From a virus, in IMG/VR virus record IMGVR_UViG_3300002092_000025: 64,000 nt of DNA; one strand, 5' to 3'. Positions 11,699 to 19,989 of the stretch are shown here, piece after piece. The translations under genes were made by a program, and so were the position numbers. Position 1 is the stretch's first letter; each line of letters opens with the position of its first letter. The notes below the pieces were generated by a model. The model ran no database searches. It saw only the letters and a program-made list of their open reading frames with translations, and was not told where the DNA came from.

Positions 11699-11705
11699 TA
11701 TTTAA
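11699..11705 (-). promoter_or_regulatory. Late-promoter variant TTAAATA
   Basis: About 35 nt upstream of the 11663 start. Confidence 0.5.
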
Positions 11706-11758
11706 CAATTTTGTGAAGGTACGGCATATAATATACGAAAATGCGGCGATTTTAGAGT

Positions 11759-12346
11759 TCAAGATTCGAAGGAATCTAGAATCTTATTGAACTCGTCGTA
11801 ATATATGTCCTTAAAATTATTTATCATCTGCCAGTCGCGCTTTATATAGGCGCCTGCTTCATTAACACGAATAAATTCAACATTATTATATTCTCTAAAA
11901 ATCGTTTCCGATTGTTTCATCCAATTGCCAAAATATGTCGCAGGATCTTCCGATGATCTGTAATTTTTAGTATTAGCATAGACATTATTAAGGCGATCAT
12001 TTATACCTTGGAAATCAAATCCTAAGATATAAACACGCTCGTGTCTATCTAAGCAGGATTTTAACAATGCAGTCGGACCGCTCGACCATCCTTTGGGATT
12101 AGAAAATAGTTTTAAATTTGTATATTCTATAAATTTTGAATTAGGATTACTCCATACTTCGTGAGTATTATGATATCCGCTCGTACATATCTCGATAACC
12201 ATTTTAATATCAACGGAAACTAAAACATCCGGTGAAAATTCTCGATAAAGAGCATTACACCCGTATATTTTACCTTTTCCTCGTAATCTGTTTAAATCGA
12301 TATTCAGACGGCTACGCCCATTACCTAATACAAATGCTGTGTTCAT
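11759..12346 (-). CDS. MAF_flag10/MptE-like (sialyltransferase-like fold) protein
   Basis: AFVLGNGRS...IYGCNALYREFSPDVLVSVD...GWSSGPTAL...VYILGFDF is the motif series of motility-associated-factor-like glycosyltransferases. Confidence 0.6.
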   Translation of the reverse strand: MNTAFVLGNGRSRLNIDLNRLRGKGKIYGCNALYREFSPDVLVSVDIKMVIEICTSGYHNTHEVWSNPNSKFIEYTNLKLFSNPKGWSSGPTALLKSCLDRHERVYILGFDFQGINDRLNNVYANTKNYRSSEDPATYFGNWMKQSETIFREYNNVEFIRVNEAGAYIKRDWQMINNFKDIYYDEFNKILDSFES

Positions 12347-12348
12347 CT

Positions 12349-12597
12349 TTACGCTGCTGGTTCAGGTGGAGGAGCTGCATACATTTTGCTTACAAATTTA
12401 ATATCTCTAGCATGTTCTAGTTCGTGTAAATCAGCTGCTCTACGTATTTTGTTTAACTGCTTTAGAGTTAATCTAACTTTACGCTTGTTTCTTTTCTTCA
12501 TAACAGAATCGTCATTGTCAGCATCATAACGATCATCCTGACTCATGTCCTTGTCTTTATTATTAAAATAGAATAGTTCACGTAATATCATGTTCAT
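12349..12597 (-). CDS. Small conserved-looking head-region protein (probable start MILRELF at 12591)
   Basis: Directly follows the portal gene. An ATAAATA motif at 12603-12597 overlaps the first ATG. Confidence 0.7.
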   Translation of the reverse strand: MNMILRELFYFNNKDKDMSQDDRYDADNDDSVMKKRNKRKVRLTLKQLNKIRRAADLHELEHARDIKFVSKMYAAPPPEPAA

Positions 12598-12606
12598 ATT
12601 TATCCA

Positions 12607-14319
12607 TTAGGCCGGAGCTCCGGCTGCCGGGGTTGGAACACCACTAGGACCAGCAGCCGCCGTTTGAGCACCCGGAGGAGATATTGCTCCGTCTGCTGGC
12701 ATTTCTTCTTCAGGTGGTGCCATTGCATCTTCGATGCCGCCTGGGGTTATTCCAGCACCGCGCATTTCTGAACTTGCATCCTCGTCGATGCCTCCCATAT
12801 CTCTGTTTTCTTCTCTCCAGAGTCTTTCATTCTCTATGATTTCTTCTTGGCTCAATCCTAAGAAACGCTTCATAGTAAAACGCTTACTCATATACGGAAT
12901 TTCATTCATTGTCTGGAACGTCTGTACACGAGCAGTATCGAGTTCACTTAAACGATAAGCAGCAAAGTTCTGAGGTGGATTAAACTTTAAACTAAAGATC
13001 CCATTATCTATTATGATACCATTCTGGAATAGATAAAGTTTAAATTCTTTATCAATTTCATTTTCCATTAGGCTTTGTAAGCGTTCTAGATATTTGTTAA
13101 AACGTAATTCTTGGATATAAGCAGTTCCGACTTTACCATCATTAAATGTACTTGCGCTATCGTCTGCACCTGTTGGGAGATATGAACTAGGAATACGTAA
13201 CGCACGGAATAGTTTATTAGTAAAGAATCTTAAATCGTCAATTTCACCCAAGTTAGTACCGCCCGGAAGTGTTTCAACTTTAGATCCACGTCCTTCTGCT
13301 GTCTGCGGGAAGAAGTAATCTTCGTTGATACTCATTGGATTATAACTGTTATCGATAACACTTGCACCACCAGTAGCACTAGGAATTCTTCTTTGATGTA
13401 TTTCGTTCTTTACTCGTTCAACGAAAGCCATAGCCATATGACTAGGCATATTCCCAACATCAATATAGAATACACGTCGCTCTGGAGCACGTTGGACACG
13501 GTAAATGATGATAGCATCTTCTAACAGTTCCTTCTGCTTATAAACTTTAAAAACAGATTCAAGTAATGAGTTTCCAAAAGGATAATTGTTATCTAAACCT
13601 TCGCTTAGACTTATATGTACCATGTGTTTAGCTTCGATAGCCATTTCATTCTGTGCTATGCTAAAACGTGTACCACTCTGTTGTGGAAACGCACCTGTCA
13701 TACCTCGAGCACCGGCACCGCCGCTAACATAAGCAGATCCGCTAGGCTGTGTATTTTGATTTGAAGGATTAATCTGTGTCACAACTAAATTATGGAAGTT
13801 AGGATTAAGATCACGGATAATATATTGCTCTGGTTTCTTACCATCGCTTTCATTAACGATAATCTTAACTAACTTACCTGGATCTAAGTAGAACCACTTC
13901 TTAGTTTCTGGATCGCGGATAAAAAATGTATCTCCGTATTTGCAAGTATTACGGAATATCTTGAAAATTCTTGTTTCAAGTTGCTGTAAGTCTGACCACT
14001 TACGCAGGTAATCTCCAAGTAATTTAACTTCTACGCTTGTTGCTTTATCGCGGAAGAAAATCTGGAATGGTGTATTATTTTCTCTGCTCTTCTGTGTACT
14101 AAACTCTGCGATAATATCTAGAGCAGCATTAACTTCGGAGTCGGTATCCATAGTATCATACTGTAGATAACGTTCAATACGATTAGGACTTCCAACGTAA
14201 ACATCTGGAAGATATGAACTATAATTTGATTTAGATCCTGTGCCGATCGATGGCATTCCGCCCAGCGGGCTTAATTGTCCATTTGGATTTACAGGGGTAA
14301 AATACCTTTTCCAGCTCAT
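12607..14319 (-). CDS. gp20: Portal vertex protein
   Basis: LEDAIIIYRVQRAPERRVFYIDVGNMP, INEDYFFP...EGRGSKVETLPGGTNLGEIDD...LFRALRIPSS are gp20 motifs. Confidence 0.96.
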   Translation of the reverse strand: MSWKRYFTPVNPNGQLSPLGGMPSIGTGSKSNYSSYLPDVYVGSPNRIERYLQYDTMDTDSEVNAALDIIAEFSTQKSRENNTPFQIFFRDKATSVEVKLLGDYLRKWSDLQQLETRIFKIFRNTCKYGDTFFIRDPETKKWFYLDPGKLVKIIVNESDGKKPEQYIIRDLNPNFHNLVVTQINPSNQNTQPSGSAYVSGGAGARGMTGAFPQQSGTRFSIAQNEMAIEAKHMVHISLSEGLDNNYPFGNSLLESVFKVYKQKELLEDAIIIYRVQRAPERRVFYIDVGNMPSHMAMAFVERVKNEIHQRRIPSATGGASVIDNSYNPMSINEDYFFPQTAEGRGSKVETLPGGTNLGEIDDLRFFTNKLFRALRIPSSYLPTGADDSASTFNDGKVGTAYIQELRFNKYLERLQSLMENEIDKEFKLYLFQNGIIIDNGIFSLKFNPPQNFAAYRLSELDTARVQTFQTMNEIPYMSKRFTMKRFLGLSQEEIIENERLWREENRDMGGIDEDASSEMRGAGITPGGIEDAMAPPEEEMPADGAISPPGAQTAAAGPSGVPTPAAGAPA

Positions 14320-17300
14320 TACTTGCCACCCATTGCGCTACCTCGTTGACGTATCGCATCAACTTGGTCTTTATTAAAGTCTCTAACTTCTTTAGTCAAA
14401 TTAACCAATTCAGTTAGTAGTGTATTTAACTTATCTGCGTTGTCTGTCCTTGGGGTTGTGGACGATCCACTTCCAGCTGCTCCACTTCCTGAACTACCGC
14501 TTCCTGCTGATCCTTGTGTTCCGGCTATTGTTTCTTTTAATTTTGCAATATCAAGTGCTGACATCGAAGTACCTAATGCGCTAACACTCTTCGATAGTGT
14601 ATCGATCGATTTAGCAAAATCAGTTACTCCGCTAGATTGATTTTTAAGATCATCGCCTAATGTTGTTTTTAGAGTTTGCAATCCATTAGCTATATTGCTA
14701 ATGTTAGTTCCATTAACTTTATCTAATACAGAAAGACTATCAGCAAATTTCTTAATACCACCATCGCCTGATACTAATCCACTAATACCTTTTCCAAGAC
14801 CTTCTAAGAATCCGCTACCAGTAAACAGCGACATTGCTTTATGAAGGTCTATCATAGGCTGTGCTATATTCCTAATAGCGTCGGCATTAACTTCACCAAA
14901 TGCTGTTAGTGATTTTGCTATTGATGTTAAGCCACTTGCACCGCCGAGTGTTGCTAGAATACCACCACCCGCTAAACTAACTAACGGATCTGCTACAGCA
15001 GCTAGAGCCGGACCTAATGCTTTAAGTTTATCGCTATCGAGTTTTGTTAACTGTTCTAATACTACTGGTATCGATTTAAACCCGTTAACAAATGAATCAA
15101 TAACTTTCGATACACCTTCAAACATAAATCCAAGTCCACCTGCTGCTAGACCAAATGCTGCTACTACTGCTGCTACTGGAACTAATACAGTAGCTAGTCC
15201 TGCACCAAGAGATGTTAATGCTTTTCCTAGTAAATAGACCCCTGCGATAACAACACCGCCAACACCGAGTACGGTTCCGATATTATCAAGTGCCCATTTA
15301 AATCCATTCATTGCTGTTTCAACTAAGCTAAATGATTTTTCACCGTCGCTGGAGAAAAATCCAAAGAACTTCGTGACCAAAGGAAAGGTGTCTTCTATTG
15401 ATTTTTTAATACCATTGAGCATCATTTCAACCGGACTAGATGATTCCATTGCATCAAGTTGAGATTGAATATCTGCTAATTGACGATCTCCGGAATTTTC
15501 GTTTATAGTTCCAGATTTTAATCCTTGTTGTATTGATGTTTTTTTTGCTTGTAACTCGTCTCTTTTCTTTTTCTGCTCAGGCGGTTCAAATAAATTTCTA
15601 ATCAATCCCATAGCAATTGGTTTGAGAGAATCAAATAATCCAGAGAATGCATCGGTTATTGATCCAGTACTAATAGCATCTGTTAAACCAGTTAAGAAGT
15701 TATCAAGTCCTCCAATAATTTTTTCAAAGAATGGTCCAATTAAATCAGATTTTTTATTAAAAAATTCGGCAAATTTCTTTAATACATCTTGTATTTTTTC
15801 AAATACTTTGCTCTTAATCATCGCTAACATAATATCGCTTTTTACAGTTTGGAAGACCTGTCCAAAAGTACCCATTGCTTTGGTTATTTCTTCTCGCTTG
15901 TCTTGTTCTTTAACAGCGTCATCGATATTTGCATTTGCTATTTCGTTTAACGAATTAAGATATTCTTGCATCTTTGCTAATTCTGGATTAGCTGCGATCA
16001 TTTCAGAACTAAATCGTCCTAAGAAACTTTTCATATTCTTAGCTTGATCTTTATATCCTTGTATCTGTTCTCGAGTTGATAACTTACCATCTCCGAGAGC
16101 TTTATTAAACTTTAAGAATCCCGGAACAGCAGTCGCCATCATAGATCCAAACTTATCACCAGGTTTAATAATTCCCGCCATAGCATTTGTCAATGTATCC
16201 TGGAATGGTGCAAATTTTGATCCTGTTAAAATAACACCTGCTTGAAAATTCTTTAGAGCATCACCAGTTAATTTGCTAGCCATAAAGGATAATCGACCTT
16301 CTTTTAGCTGTTTTGCTAGCATTTCTTCAGTTTGTTTTCTAGACAGCCCAGTTGCTTTTGATAGCTTATCCATCTCTAGGATATATTCTTCAGTACCTGC
16401 AATGAGTTCAGCTTCTGATTTTCCTTGTAGACGTCCCATACGCATCTGTATATCTAGATAACTAGACAAGTAATCATTAAGATCACCTGATGTCATCCCC
16501 ATCATCTGCATATTTTTACCAAATTCACTAGTAGTAACTCCTCGACTCATCTTCGCAAATGATTGAGCACCTTGGGTTACTGTTCCGCCTAGCTGTGCTA
16601 ACAATCCACTATTTTGTTTTACCATAGCAGTAAAATCTTCTAATGGCATTGCAGCTTCGGCAGCAGTTTTTCTAAGCAGTGTTATGTCGTTATTAAATGA
16701 AGCACCAACTGAACTTGTTTCTCTTAGTCCTTCCATGCCGTCTGTAAAGAAGCTTAACAATCCTTTACCAGCAGCAACTATACCGGTCATAATCAATCCA
16801 AATCCTGCGCCAACTATACTACCAGCTGCACTGGTTATTGAACCTCCAAAACTCTTAACTTCTTTTCCAGTTGATCCCAAGATACTTCCAAATACACTGC
16901 TGCGATCAGTAGTACCCGATAATGAGCTTTCTAAATTTTTAGCTTCTTTTCCAGTAGTTCCTAATAGATCACCAAATACACTGCTACGTTTAGTAGTACC
17001 CGATAATGAGCTTTCTAGAGCTTTAGCTTCTTTTCCAGTAGTTCCTAATAGATCACCAAATACACTGCTACGTTTAGTAGTACCCGATAATGAGCTTTCT
17101 AAATTTTTAGCTTCTTTTCCAGTAGTTCCTAATAGATCACCAAATACACTGCTGCGATCAGTAGTACCCGATAATGAGCTTTCTAAATTTTTAGCTTCTT
17201 TTCCAGTAGTTCCTAATAGATCACCAAATACACCGCTACGTTTAGTAGTATTTGATAATGCACCATCTAGAGCTTTAGCTTCTTTTCCAGTAGTTCCCAA

Positions 17301-17705
17301 TAGATCACCAAATACACTGCTACGACTAGTAGTTCCAGCTAGTGAGCTTTCTAGATTCTTAACTCCCTTGCTAGTCGAACCTAAAAGATCACCAAATACA
17401 CCGCTACGTTTAGTAGTATTTGATAATGCACTATCTAGAGCTTTAGCTTCTTTTGAAGTTTGACCTAGCATATCGCTGAATATTTTACTGCGATCAGTTG
17501 TTTGATTTAATGCTTTAACATTTCCATCTAGTGCTTTATTAAAGAGTTCGTTAACTTTGCTACTGGCAGATTTTCCACCAGCACCCCCGCCGCCCATCTT
17601 TTCTATTGCAGCAGCAACCCGTAGTAATGTTACTTCAGAAGCAGCGTTTTCTAATTGCGCTCCGTCAAACTGTCCACCACCACGTACACTAACTTTTTCA
17701 GCCAT
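14319..17705 (-). CDS. Probable tail tape measure protein
   Basis: 1128 aa, largely helical, with Ala/Gly-rich hydrophobic segments and internal tandem repeats. It is adjacent to the gp26/gp51-like chaperone genes. Confidence 0.7.
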   Translation of the reverse strand: MAEKVSVRGGGQFDGAQLENAASEVTLLRVAAAIEKMGGGGAGGKSASSKVNELFNKALDGNVKALNQTTDRSKIFSDMLGQTSKEAKALDSALSNTTKRSGVFGDLLGSTSKGVKNLESSLAGTTSRSSVFGDLLGTTGKEAKALDGALSNTTKRSGVFGDLLGTTGKEAKNLESSLSGTTDRSSVFGDLLGTTGKEAKNLESSLSGTTKRSSVFGDLLGTTGKEAKALESSLSGTTKRSSVFGDLLGTTGKEAKNLESSLSGTTDRSSVFGSILGSTGKEVKSFGGSITSAAGSIVGAGFGLIMTGIVAAGKGLLSFFTDGMEGLRETSSVGASFNNDITLLRKTAAEAAMPLEDFTAMVKQNSGLLAQLGGTVTQGAQSFAKMSRGVTTSEFGKNMQMMGMTSGDLNDYLSSYLDIQMRMGRLQGKSEAELIAGTEEYILEMDKLSKATGLSRKQTEEMLAKQLKEGRLSFMASKLTGDALKNFQAGVILTGSKFAPFQDTLTNAMAGIIKPGDKFGSMMATAVPGFLKFNKALGDGKLSTREQIQGYKDQAKNMKSFLGRFSSEMIAANPELAKMQEYLNSLNEIANANIDDAVKEQDKREEITKAMGTFGQVFQTVKSDIMLAMIKSKVFEKIQDVLKKFAEFFNKKSDLIGPFFEKIIGGLDNFLTGLTDAISTGSITDAFSGLFDSLKPIAMGLIRNLFEPPEQKKKRDELQAKKTSIQQGLKSGTINENSGDRQLADIQSQLDAMESSSPVEMMLNGIKKSIEDTFPLVTKFFGFFSSDGEKSFSLVETAMNGFKWALDNIGTVLGVGGVVIAGVYLLGKALTSLGAGLATVLVPVAAVVAAFGLAAGGLGFMFEGVSKVIDSFVNGFKSIPVVLEQLTKLDSDKLKALGPALAAVADPLVSLAGGGILATLGGASGLTSIAKSLTAFGEVNADAIRNIAQPMIDLHKAMSLFTGSGFLEGLGKGISGLVSGDGGIKKFADSLSVLDKVNGTNISNIANGLQTLKTTLGDDLKNQSSGVTDFAKSIDTLSKSVSALGTSMSALDIAKLKETIAGTQGSAGSGSSGSGAAGSGSSTTPRTDNADKLNTLLTELVNLTKEVRDFNKDQVDAIRQRGSAMGGK
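16860..17480 (-). repeat. 84-nt (28-aa) tandem repeat, about 7 copies
   Basis: ccagtagttcc recurs at 16951 and 17035 (84 nt apart) and onward. Unit GTTGKEAKNLESSLSGTTDRSSVFGDLL. Confidence 0.95.
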
Positions 17706-17729
17706 TAATTTTCACCAGAAATATACGCA

Positions 17730-17763
17730 TATAAATATCGTATCATATATATCGTTTATTTAT
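17730..17763. promoter_or_regulatory. Divergent late promoters (plus TATAAATA 17730-17737; minus ATAAATA 17763-17757)
   Basis: A full T4 late consensus precedes the gp26-like gene and an opposite-strand motif precedes the tape measure gene. Confidence 0.75.
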
Positions 17764-17776
17764 TGGAGCAAAGATC

Positions 17777-18637
17777 ATGGTAGTTCAAGACAATTCAAAT
17801 CCGTTAAGGAAATATTTTAGACAACCTAAAATCTATCTTAAACTTCCAAGCAAAGGCAAATATTACACGCCTGGCGCTATTGATATGCCTGAAAACGGTG
17901 AAATTCCAGTATTTGCTATGACAGCAAAAGATGAATTGATTATTAAAACTCCAGATGCTTTATTAAATGGTGAAGCAACAGTTGAAGTTATTAAGAGCTG
18001 TATTCCTAATATCAAAGATCCTTGGAAGATGCCTAGCATCGATAGTGATGCTATATTAATAGCAATACGACTAGCAACTTATGGTGAAAAACTAGAGATA
18101 ACAACCAAAGTTCCCGAAGTTGGTGAAGAAAAAACATTTGAAATTGATCTTCGTATGTTATTAGATCAATTAATAGTTTTTGAATTTGATCCATTTATAA
18201 CAATTGACGACGATATGACGGTTGAATTACGTCCAACAAACTATAAAGAATTCACTGACAATGCTCTTAAGACATTCGAAGAGCAGCGTATTTTTAGATT
18301 AGTAAATGATACAAACATTCCAGATGAACAGAAGCTCTCTGCTTTTTCTGCCAGCTTCCGTAAGTTAACTGAGTTAACTATCGATCTAGTTGTTAATAGT
18401 ATAGTTTGTATCGATACCACTGACGGAAAAGTAACTGATAAGAAACATATTAAAGATTTCTTTGAAAATGCTGACCGTAGTACTTTTGAAAAAATATTAA
18501 AACATCTAGAAAAGATGAGAGACGAAAGTAAGATCAAACCGTTAACAGTGCGAGCAACACCAGAAGAGATTGCTGCCGGTGCTCCAGAAGAATACGAAAT
18601 TCCTATCACGTTTGACCAATCAAATTTTTTCGGATAA
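17777..18637 (+). CDS. gp26: Baseplate hub assembly/tail chaperone, gp26-like
   Basis: RQPKIYLKLPS.G..Y, MTAKDELIIKTPDALLNG, IDSDAILIAIRLATYGE are gp26-like motifs. Confidence 0.75.
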   Translation: MVVQDNSNPLRKYFRQPKIYLKLPSKGKYYTPGAIDMPENGEIPVFAMTAKDELIIKTPDALLNGEATVEVIKSCIPNIKDPWKMPSIDSDAILIAIRLATYGEKLEITTKVPEVGEEKTFEIDLRMLLDQLIVFEFDPFITIDDDMTVELRPTNYKEFTDNALKTFEEQRIFRLVNDTNIPDEQKLSAFSASFRKLTELTIDLVVNSIVCIDTTDGKVTDKKHIKDFFENADRSTFEKILKHLEKMRDESKIKPLTVRATPEEIAAGAPEEYEIPITFDQSNFFG

Positions 18638-18667
18638 GACTCCTTGGGATGGATCTTCCTGAGATCC
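18622..18667 (+). promoter_or_regulatory. Candidate -1 ribosomal frameshift site with downstream stem-loop
   Basis: In-frame heptamers A AAT TTT (18622-18628) and T TTT TTC (18625-18631). The -1 frame is open into 18649..18861. Stem GGATCT-TCCTG-AGATCC at 18651-18667. Confidence 0.65.
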
Positions 18668-18861
18668 TCAAGTATGTTGATGCACTCGACAAGGAGTCAA
18701 AAGCCATGAAAGAAGAACTTTTTAAATTGTGTTGGTATATGCGCGGCGGTATATCTATCGACGATGCGTTTACTATGAGTTTTGAAGATCGCCAGATAGT
18801 TAGTGCTATAGTTAAAGATAACTTAGAGACTGCTAAGAAAACAGGAATGCCGTTCTTTTAA
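18649..18861 (+). CDS. gp51: gp51-like baseplate assembly catalyst; probably also the C-terminal part of a frameshift fusion
   Basis: LCWYMRGGISIDDAFTMSFEDRQI resembles the gp51-like family. It lies in the -1 frame relative to gp26 and has no clear Shine-Dalgarno. Confidence 0.6.
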   Translation: MDLPEILKYVDALDKESKAMKEELFKLCWYMRGGISIDDAFTMSFEDRQIVSAIVKDNLETAKKTGMPFF

Positions 18862-19949
18862 AATTTCTTTAGTACTACGTGCGACGATGATGATTCGGAA
18901 AGTACGACTCTGATTCTCAAATCTCTTAAAGTAACACCACGAGCTTCTAGCATCTTTGTTGCAAAGAAATATGCTTTACGTGATATAGGTTTACCACTGT
19001 ATGCTGCTTCCGCGATAGCTTTTAACATCCTAGCTTCACTAAATTTAGTATCAGGCATTTTAATCGTAGTTGTCCGTGTAACTGGTTTATTCGGAAGAGC
19101 TGCTTTATTTTTTGCATCATTCTTAGCTTTCCAGTCAGGAACTGTTTTACCTGCAGGTGCAGCAGCTGGTTGCGCTTGTGTTGGAGCAGTAGTAGCTGGA
19201 TCTTGTTTTGGAGCAGCAGTTTTAAATCCACTCGCAGCAGCAGCTGGTTTTTGTATATCTGCTACACTTTTTCTAAATCCACCCTGGGATGATGAATTCG
19301 GAGCTTGCTTTGCGGGTTGTTCAGGAGCACCAGGTTGTGGTGCTGGATTATCTTGTGTTGCACCCTGGGCAGGTGTTGGAGCCGGTTGAGGGGCTTGCCC
19401 GGGTGCTTGTCCAGGTTGTTGTTGAGCAGCTACACCCGCAGGTGATCCTGTTGGAGCAGCAGCAGGTTTTTGAGAAACAGCAACACCAGGCTGTGCAGTT
19501 GGAACAGTTCCTGGTCCGGGAGCAGCTCCAGGTTGTTGGCTTGCGCCAGATGCATCCGGTTGTTCACTATCACCATTAGCCGGATCTCCAGCAGCAAGAT
19601 TCTGCGATACTCCCATAAGAAATTTTTCTACTTCACCTGTACTCATTGCTTGTGGATTTTTAGGTGGAACTTTAGCAGATACTTGCTTAACTACATCGCC
19701 CATAATCTTTTGTGTTTGTAGGAATTTAGCGAGAGAATCAACTGATGGTGCTTGACCAGAGCTACCTACATATTTGTAATAGTCTTTGTATAACTTATTT
19801 GCAACAGTACCAGCATCTAACTTGCCCTGTGCTTGAGCTCCCCATTTACCAGGAAGAAACTTCGCTCCTAGTTTATTAAGTCCTCTAGATACCATTCCCT
19901 GTGGTGCTTCGTCAACTTCATGTTTGTCAAGGAACTCATATATTTTCAT
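18858..19949 (-). CDS. Low-complexity Pro/Ala/Gln-rich protein, possible internal head protein
   Basis: 363-aa ORF with a late motif ATAAATA at 19979-19973. N-terminus MKIYEFLDKHEVDEA. Confidence 0.7.
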   Translation of the reverse strand: MKIYEFLDKHEVDEAPQGMVSRGLNKLGAKFLPGKWGAQAQGKLDAGTVANKLYKDYYKYVGSSGQAPSVDSLAKFLQTQKIMGDVVKQVSAKVPPKNPQAMSTGEVEKFLMGVSQNLAAGDPANGDSEQPDASGASQQPGAAPGPGTVPTAQPGVAVSQKPAAAPTGSPAGVAAQQQPGQAPGQAPQPAPTPAQGATQDNPAPQPGAPEQPAKQAPNSSSQGGFRKSVADIQKPAAAASGFKTAAPKQDPATTAPTQAQPAAAPAGKTVPDWKAKNDAKNKAALPNKPVTRTTTIKMPDTKFSEARMLKAIAEAAYSGKPISRKAYFFATKMLEARGVTLRDLRIRVVLSESSSSHVVLKKF

Positions 19950-19989
19950 TTTGATTCTTTCGATTGTTCATTTATTTATTGTTTTAATA

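Noticed and set aside
16860-17480. 84-nt repeats as a CRISPR or guide-RNA array
   Set aside because: The units are contiguous with no unique spacers, keep the reading frame, and vary mostly in codon-compatible ways inside a CDS.
8942-18609. Plus-strand track ORFs antisense to the scaffold, acidic core, portal and tape measure genes (for example 8942..9328, 11218..11556, 16684..17463), and minus-strand 18241..18609 antisense to gp26
   Set aside because: They are fully nested opposite well-supported genes, have Ser/Leu/Phe-rich shadow composition and lack ribosome-binding sites.
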